A DNA stretch of 64,000 nt from Acidobacteriota bacterium (lineage in GTDB: Bacteria > Acidobacteriota > Terriglobia > Terriglobales > Acidobacteriaceae). The DNA is taken from assembly GCA_019351975.1 (NCBI GenBank), contig JABBOG010000015.1, positions 1,203 to 65,202 on the forward strand. Reading direction: 5' to 3'. The stretch's first letter is position 1. Each line of letters starts with the position of its first letter. The notes below the pieces were generated by a model that saw nothing but the letters and a program-made list of their open reading frames with translations, had not been told where the DNA came from and ran no database searches. Of the stretch, positions 57,780 through 64,000 are shown piece after piece. The position numbers and the translations under genes were made by a program.

Positions 57780-59540
57780 CTACTGCTCCACAGTAAACGG
57801 TGCGCTCTGCGCAATCTTCTGCTTGGAAACACCATCGTCTACCTTGATCGTTACCGAATACTGGCCCGGCTGCAGACTCGCCAGAGACATCGTCTTCTCC
57901 AGCGTCAACTGATCCGCATTCGGGTTCAGCTTGGCCGCCGTCTCCTGCAAATCCAGAATCGGCTTGTTGTTCGCCAGATCCATCACCTGGTACTCGATCT
58001 TCGCGTCATTCCGCTTATTCTCGCCAATGCCGAGGTTATATACCTGCATCCAGAAATTCAAATTCTGCGCGCGATGGAACGTCACAGGCGTCGACACCGT
58101 TGGTGCAACCCGCGGAATCACCTTCGTATTCCCGATCACAAAGCTACCCGCTCCAACATCCTTCGACGGCACCCGCTCCATCTGGCTCGCAAGAATCAGC
58201 GACGACGACGCCAACCGGTCATCATCGAACTTCGGCACATCCACACTGCGCCGCCACACACCCATGTGGTCCGGATTGTTCACATCCTTGATCGCAATCT
58301 CCAGCTTGTACATCCCCGGAGGCAGCGGAATCGCATTCCAGTACACCGACATATTGTTCTTCTCACGCTGCAGCAGATCGCTCGGCGTCTCTACCTTCAC
58401 CGTATCCTCAAACGAGTACACAATGTGGTGCGTGATATTGCTGACGCGCCCAAGGATATTGACCGTACCCGTCGAATCTCCCTCCTTCGTCGTATACGTG
58501 ATATCCCCATTGCGAATCTGCAGCGTCACCGGAACCATCACGGTTTCGTTGGTCAACTTCACATAGTCCGTGCGCACATCGAACAGAAAGGGTGGCCCGG
58601 TCAGCACCTTCGACGTCGCCAGGAAATTATCCAGATCCGCAAACTTTACCGGCGGAGGAGCAAACAGCTTTGCAAACTGATCCAGCCGGTCAAACTCCTT
58701 GCTCTGCTGCGACGTTGCATTCGGTCCCGCGCCCAGCTGCTCCAGCCCGCCGCCCGAGAAGCGGTCAGCCTTCTTCGATTGCCCCATCTCTTCATACTGC
58801 GTCAAACCCGCTCCAGGAACATGCTTGAGAGCATCCTTCTCCGACCGGTCCATCGTCGCGTGATAGTCCCCGCACATGCACGTATCGACAAACTCCACAT
58901 CGACGTTATCTCCAATGCCCTCCAGATAACGGTAGTGCCACACCTCAAACGGGAACGTCGACGTCTCACCGCCGCCCTCATCCATCGGCCTGTCGTAGGT
59001 TCCGCCAGAGGGGTGCGAATCAATGCTGTCCGGCTTTCCGTAGGCAATATAGATATGCCCGCGGTCCGTCATCCAGCCCGGCTTGCCCGCCGCAAAGTGC
59101 TCATTCGCATACGCAATCCGGGCGTAATACTCATCCCGATATTCGTTGTCCACCGAGTCAGGATTGGGGTTGCGCCGCAACCAGAACTGCTCGATGAAGG
59201 CGTCGCGCTCCTCGTCATTCGCCAGGCTCTTGAACGTCTTCGCTTCCTGATCGGTAATAATCCAGCGGACGTCCTGATCCAGCCACGTCTTATACGTACC
59301 CTTCAACTCCTGCACCGTCGCCTTGCGGCGTTGCCGTTCTTCCCGGTCGGTCAACCGCCGTTTCAACGGGTCCGGCTTCTCCGCAACCGGAGGCGTCTTC
59401 GTCACCCCGCCATCATCCTGCTGCATCTGGCTCGCAGGCGCACTGCCTGTGTCCGTCTGCGCATACGCCGCCGCGCTTGCGCAGGACAGTGTCAGCAGTG
59501 CAATACCGGAAAGAACAAAACGCGTTTGAGAGAATTTCAT
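57780..59540 (-). CDS. GWxTD domain-containing exported protein
   Basis: FWLRRNP, RIAYANEHF, PGWMTDRGHIYIAYGKPD; C-terminal Ig-like strands. Confidence 0.9.
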   Translation of the reverse strand: MKFSQTRFVLSGIALLTLSCASAAAYAQTDTGSAPASQMQQDDGGVTKTPPVAEKPDPLKRRLTDREERQRRKATVQELKGTYKTWLDQDVRWIITDQEAKTFKSLANDEERDAFIEQFWLRRNPNPDSVDNEYRDEYYARIAYANEHFAAGKPGWMTDRGHIYIAYGKPDSIDSHPSGGTYDRPMDEGGGETSTFPFEVWHYRYLEGIGDNVDVEFVDTCMCGDYHATMDRSEKDALKHVPGAGLTQYEEMGQSKKADRFSGGGLEQLGAGPNATSQQSKEFDRLDQFAKLFAPPPVKFADLDNFLATSKVLTGPPFLFDVRTDYVKLTNETVMVPVTLQIRNGDITYTTKEGDSTGTVNILGRVSNITHHIVYSFEDTVKVETPSDLLQREKNNMSVYWNAIPLPPGMYKLEIAIKDVNNPDHMGVWRRSVDVPKFDDDRLASSSLILASQMERVPSKDVGAGSFVIGNTKVIPRVAPTVSTPVTFHRAQNLNFWMQVYNLGIGENKRNDAKIEYQVMDLANNKPILDLQETAAKLNPNADQLTLEKTMSLASLQPGQYSVTIKVDDGVSKQKIAQSAPFTVEQ

Positions 59541-59710
59541 AAAGGGGCCGAACTCCTAATGCAAGACATGGCTATTCTAGCTCCGGTTTGCAACTCGCAC
59601 AAGGCTTCCTGGCAACCCGCTGCTATCATAGTGACATCGAACAGCTTCTCCCTGGGATCAGGTATCCTCCAGTGCTCCATCCAAACCTTGCCCACGACGC
59701 CAAATCGTAC

Positions 59711-59736
59711 GGAACTCAATGCCGAACCTCTACGTA
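59711..59736 (+). promoter_or_regulatory. Possible ECF-sigma promoter upstream of the MacA-like gene
   Basis: GGAAC-N17-CGTA, one mismatch to the GGAAC/CGTT ECF consensus. Confidence 0.3.
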
Positions 59737-59816
59737 TACGTCTACAGATGCATCGATGAATCCCAGCAAACGCCTGTCGTCTCCCATCCAACGAGCCGCA
59801 CGGAAAGAAAGCGTCC

Positions 59817-61217
59817 ATGACCGGTAAGAAGATCTTGCTGATTGTAGCCATCCTGGCCCTCGTCGCCGGCGGAATCGTGGGGACCGTCCTCCACAGCCGC
59901 TCCGACGTTCCCGCCGTCACCACCGCAAAGGTCGTCCGCCAGGACCTCATCTCGACCGTCAGCGGCACAGGCCAGATCAAGCCAAAGACCTACGTCAACG
60001 TTGGCGCGACCTCCTTCGGTCGCATCACCCACCTCTACGTTAAAGAGGGTGACCACGTTAAAGCCGGCCAACTCCTGGCCACCGTCGAAAGCGAGCAGCC
60101 CGCCAGCGCCGTTGCCGCTCAGCAGGCGACCATAGCCTCCTCAAAGACCAACGTCGACTCCTACATCGCCGCCGAAAAGACCGCGGAAGCCAACGTCGAA
60201 GAGGCACAGGCCGATCTCGAGCAAAAGAAGTTCGACTATCAGCGCGCTCAGGCACTCTACAACGACAAACTCATCGCCAAGCAGGACTTCGACGCCAAGA
60301 AAGCAGCCTATGACGTCGACCTAGCCACCCTCTCTCAGCGCCAGGCTGCTGTCCTTCAGGCCAAAGCCCAGACGGCATCCGCACGCAGCCAGGTCGCTCA
60401 AGGCGTCGCCACCCTCAAAGGCAACGACTACTCCCTCGGCCTCACCCGCAGCCTCGCTCCCTTTGACGGCCTCGTCACCAACGTCCCCGTTCGCGCAGGC
60501 GAGACCGTCGTTGTCGGCATCCAGAACGCCGAGGGTTCCACCCTCATGACCCTCGCCGACATGTCCGTCATCACCGCAGAGGTCAAAGTCGATGAGACCG
60601 ACATCGTCAACGTCGCACTCGGTCAATCCGCCAGCGTCACCGTCGACGCCTTCCCCGGCCAGACCTTCACCGGCAAAGTCACCGAAGTTGGCGATCAGGC
60701 GCTCCTCCGCACCACCGGCGTTGCCACCCTGCAGTCCACCACCGGAACGGAAGAAGCCAAAGACTTCAAGGTTGTCGTCACCCTCGACCCCACCAAGGTT
60801 GACCTTCGCCCCGGCCTCTCCTGCACAGCCAAAATTACCACAGCCCACAAGCCGGACGTGCTCACCATTCCGATTCAGGCCCTCGTCGAGCGCGACCCGG
60901 TCGAAGAAGCGCAGCTCTTCAAAAACCACGGCAAACCCTCCGCCAACGCCTCCACCACACCTCCTGCCGGACAGACCGCCCTCGTTCAGGGTGTCTACCT
61001 CACCGTCATGGATGACAGCCGCCTCCGCGCCCGCTTCGTTCCCGTCACCACCGGCATTACCGGCACCACGGACATCGAAGTCCTTACCGGCCTCAAACAG
61101 GGCGACGAGATCGTTACCGGCCACTACAAGACCCTCCGAACGCTCAAGAGCGGCGTCGCCGTAAAACGCGATACCTCCATTGCCGCGCCCGTCTCCACCG
61201 ACGACAGCTCCAGCTAA
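59817..61217 (+). CDS. Periplasmic adaptor subunit (MacA/HlyD family)
   Basis: N-terminal TM, LYVKEGDHVKAGQLL, APFDGLV, VDETDI, LRPGLSC. Confidence 0.9.
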   Translation: MTGKKILLIVAILALVAGGIVGTVLHSRSDVPAVTTAKVVRQDLISTVSGTGQIKPKTYVNVGATSFGRITHLYVKEGDHVKAGQLLATVESEQPASAVAAQQATIASSKTNVDSYIAAEKTAEANVEEAQADLEQKKFDYQRAQALYNDKLIAKQDFDAKKAAYDVDLATLSQRQAAVLQAKAQTASARSQVAQGVATLKGNDYSLGLTRSLAPFDGLVTNVPVRAGETVVVGIQNAEGSTLMTLADMSVITAEVKVDETDIVNVALGQSASVTVDAFPGQTFTGKVTEVGDQALLRTTGVATLQSTTGTEEAKDFKVVVTLDPTKVDLRPGLSCTAKITTAHKPDVLTIPIQALVERDPVEEAQLFKNHGKPSANASTTPPAGQTALVQGVYLTVMDDSRLRARFVPVTTGITGTTDIEVLTGLKQGDEIVTGHYKTLRTLKSGVAVKRDTSIAAPVSTDDSSS

Positions 61218-61244
61218 CGAACACCTTTTGCACGGAGATCCTCA

Positions 61245-62018
61245 ATGACCATCGACACCTCCGAAGTCATCGCACCAGAACAAAATCGCGTCGGTGCCAA
61301 CGCCGACGGCCCAAAGTCCGGCGACGTCATCGTCACCGACAATCTCTGGAAGACCTATGAGATGGGTGACCAACTCGTTCACGCGCTCCGCGGCATCGAC
61401 ATCCGCATCCGCCACAACGAGTACGTCGCCATCATGGGTCCCTCCGGCTCAGGCAAATCCACCCTCATGAACCTGATCGGTTGTCTCGACAGCCCCTCCG
61501 AGGGCCGCTACTGGCTCAACGGCCACGACGTCTCCGAGCTCAACGACGACGAACTTGCCCGTATTCGCAACAAAGAAATCGGCTTCGTCTTCCAGACCTT
61601 CAATCTCCTTGCCCGCGCCACCGCTCTGCACAACGTCGAGCTTCCCCTCATCTACAACGGCACGCCTGCCGCCGAACGCATCGAGCGCGCCAAGTTCGTC
61701 CTCGAATCCGTCAACCTCGGCAGCCGCATGAACCACAAGCCAAACGAGCTCTCCGGCGGCCAGCGCCAGCGCGTCGCCATCGCCCGCGCCCTCGTCAACA
61801 AACCATCCATCATCCTCGCCGACGAGCCAACCGGAAACCTCGATTCCAAAACCTCCGTCGAGATCATGGCGCTCTTCGATAACCTCCACGAGCAGGGCAA
61901 CACCATCGTCCTCGTCACCCACGAGCCCGATATCGCCGAGTATGCCCACCGCGTCATCTCCATCCGTGACGGCTCCGTCGAATCCGACGGCCCCAGCACC
62001 CGCGCCCGCAGGAACTGA
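61245..62018 (+). CDS. ABC transporter ATP-binding protein (MacB/LolD-like)
   Basis: [39 protein letters not shown]. Confidence 0.96.
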   Translation: MTIDTSEVIAPEQNRVGANADGPKSGDVIVTDNLWKTYEMGDQLVHALRGIDIRIRHNEYVAIMGPSGSGKSTLMNLIGCLDSPSEGRYWLNGHDVSELNDDELARIRNKEIGFVFQTFNLLARATALHNVELPLIYNGTPAAERIERAKFVLESVNLGSRMNHKPNELSGGQRQRVAIARALVNKPSIILADEPTGNLDSKTSVEIMALFDNLHEQGNTIVLVTHEPDIAEYAHRVISIRDGSVESDGPSTRARRN

Positions 62019-62110
62019 CACATTCTTGCCGCCCCGCAATAGCAAACCCGGCACACGCTCGTTTATTTCTGAGCTCACCGCAACGTCGCCGCCGCATCTA
62101 AACTAGCAGT

Positions 62111-64000
62111 ATGGATAAGTGCGTTCGTTGCTTGCTGCTTCCCTTTCTTCTCCTGTGCTTGTGTACTCCCAGCTTTGCTGCCGATGCACGCTTTGACCTG
62201 ATCGGCCCCAAGATCGACGTGCGCGTTACCCGCAACGGCCAGATGCTCCCCATCGCCGCCGTTCCCAATCTCCAGCCAGGCGATAAGCTCTGGATCCATC
62301 CCGACCTTCCCTCCACGCAATCCGTCAAATACCTCCTCATCTGCGCCTTCCTTCGCGGCAATACCAACCCCCCTCCTGAAGACTGGTTCTATCGCATCGA
62401 AACCTGGGACCCCAAAGTCCGCCAGGAGGGTGCCTTCATCACCGTTCCCACCGAAGCCCAGCAGGCCGTCCTCTTCCTCGCGCCTGAAACCGGTGGCGAC
62501 TTCAAAACCCTCCGCTCCGCCGTCCGCGGACGCCCCGGAGCATTCGTCCGCGCCTCCCAGGACCTCATCGAAGCCGGCTTCGAAGAGGCGCGCATCGAGA
62601 AGTACATCGCATCCATCCGCCGCGTCCCTCCCACCGATACCGAAGGCCTTCAGAAGCACTCCGATCTGCTCGCCCTCACCCTCGCGCTCAAGCCAAACGA
62701 GATATGCTTCAAGCAGCCCGTCGACATGCAATTCGCCTGTCTCACCCAGTCCGGCACGCAGGTCGTCCTCGACGACGGCCACGGCAAGACCGTCGCCGAC
62801 GCGCTCAACGGAACCACCTCAGACCTCATCGCCCAGGCCAGCTACAGTCCCGCCGCAGCCGGCGGCCTTTACTCCGCCTACGTCGGCGCCGTCGTAGACG
62901 TCGTCCGCATCATGAGCAATCTCCACACCGCGCAATATCAATACATCCCCGCCATCAGCTTCCCGCAGGCCGACGCCCTGAATCTACGCCTCAACACCCC
63001 ACCCTCCTTCCACAACCCCAAGTCGGTCCTTGTCATCGCCCTCCCGGCCGTTCAGCCCGCCGTCGCTCCTCCGCTCCGCCCCGCTGACCCAAACGAGGTC
63101 ACCTGCCTCATCAAACCCTCCGTCGTCCTTCCCATCGACGGCGCTCCGCTCGTCTTCTCCACCGACTTCGCCCACGATCTCGTCCTTCACCTCAACATCC
63201 CTCCCGGCGCGCCCTCCGAGCACGACATTCCCCTCGCACCGGACGCCTACTACGGCGGCCTCGTCCTCCAGAAAGCCGTCACCCACCACATCCCCCTGCT
63301 CAGCGCCGCACTCGACGCATCCACACCCAGCACCACCCCCGCCACACCCGGCAAAAAGCCCGCGCACCCTAAACCCGAGCCCGAACCCGTCCAGATCACA
63401 GGAGTCATCAGCGGACGCTGGGGCTTCGACGCCTTCACCGGCCCCACCGTCAAGCTCCAGCAGCTCCCCGGCTCCAATTGGACCATCGTCTCCACCACAG
63501 CCGACTCCAAGGAAGCCTCCAACGGCATCATCGCCGGCCACAATGCCAACCTCATCCTCAACTCCACCGGCTCCGCCTGCGTCCACACCATCACAGCCCA
63601 TCCCGATCAGGACACCGAACTCACCATCCCCTTCAAGTCCGCCCCCAAACCCGACCAGCCCAATCTCCTCTCGCTCACCCTCCCCCTCGAACACGACCTC
63701 ACACCCGGCGACCTCCACCTCGCCATCCAGCAGTACGACCAGCCCAAGGCTGACGAGGTCTCCGCACGCACCTTCTCCGAACCGGCCACCGTCAGCTTCA
63801 TCGACCTCCACGCCGGCGACAAATCCCTCTCCCTCAAAGGCACGCGCCTCAACGAAATCGAATCGGTAAAGCTCGGCGATCTCGTCTTCTCACCCGCACC
63901 CAACGCGGCCTACGACAGCCAGCCCTCCGACCCCTCTGCCCCCGCCATCCTTCACTTCTCACTTCCCTCCGGCTCGCCCGCCCCGCCTACCCACGCCAAC
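62111..64000 (+). CDS. Large exported hypothetical protein, truncated by the window end (not in ORF track)
   Basis: ATG 62111 gives MDKCVRCLLLPFLLLCLCTPSFAADARFDL signal peptide; frame spot-checked open at 62.1-62.8, 63.0 and 63.9-64.0 kb; C-ending codon bias; TAAACT 6 nt upstream. Confidence 0.85.
   Translation, partial: MDKCVRCLLLPFLLLCLCTPSFAADARFDLIGPKIDVRVTRNGQMLPIAAVPNLQPGDKLWIHPDLPSTQSVKYLLICAFLRGNTNPPPEDWFYRIETWDPKVRQEGAFITVPTEAQQAVLFLAPETGGDFKTLRSAVRGRPGAFVRASQDLIEAGFEEARIEKYIASIRRVPPTDTEGLQKHSDLLALTLALKPNEICFKQPVDMQFACLTQSGTQVVLDDGHGKTVADALNGTTSDLIAQASYSPAAAGGLYSAYVGAVVDVVRIMSNLHTAQYQYIPAISFPQADALNLRLNTPPSFHNPKSVLVIALPAVQPAVAPPLRPADPNEVTCLIKPSVVLPIDGAPLVFSTDFAHDLVLHLNIPPGAPSEHDIPLAPDAYYGGLVLQKAVTHHIPLLSAALDASTPSTTPATPGKKPAHPKPEPEPVQITGVISGRWGFDAFTGPTVKLQQLPGSNWTIVSTTADSKEASNGIIAGHNANLILNSTGSACVHTITAHPDQDTELTIPFKSAPKPDQPNLLSLTLPLEHDLTPGDLHLAIQQYDQPKADEVSARTFSEPATVSFIDLHAGDKSLSLKGTRLNEIESVKLGDLVFSPAPNAAYDSQPSDPSAPAILHFSLPSGSPAPPTHAN

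Overview
Bacterial chromosomal window, GC-rich and gene-dense. Gene content (GWxTD protein, many TPR and secreted hypothetical proteins) suggests Acidobacteriota; this is inference. Left flank (1-10.2 kb): SDR, ribA, nitroreductase, DinB, ADP-heptose/LPS genes (hldE, GT9, DUF4254), TPR, IclR, pgi. Centre (about 10.4-36.1 kb): a compositionally distinct ~25 kb cluster that looks like a surface/exopolysaccharide assembly, tailoring and export system. It encodes a GT4, a GT-C-type membrane glycosyltransferase, a flippase fused to a ParB/Srx-like DGNHR domain, a 1449-aa TPR plus beta-barrel protein, a GH71/99-like hydrolase, a nucleotidyltransferase, a thymidylate-kinase-like protein, a STAS protein lacking the canonical phospho-Ser, a repeat-stalk phosphoesterase lipoprotein, a Tat multicopper oxidase and several periplasmic Ig-like proteins. 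This is the best candidate for an undescribed system. Right part (36.3-64 kb): GTP-dependent PEPCK, a TetR-regulated RND pump, an eight-gene pur operon with large-type PurL, a GWxTD gene pair, MacA-like adaptor plus ABC ATPase, and a large secreted hypothetical protein truncated by the window end. No rRNA, tRNA, CRISPR array, integrase or transposase was recognised. All family assignments come from motif recognition by eye, not database searches. Several starts were moved from the ORF track using SD sequences and gene overlaps.
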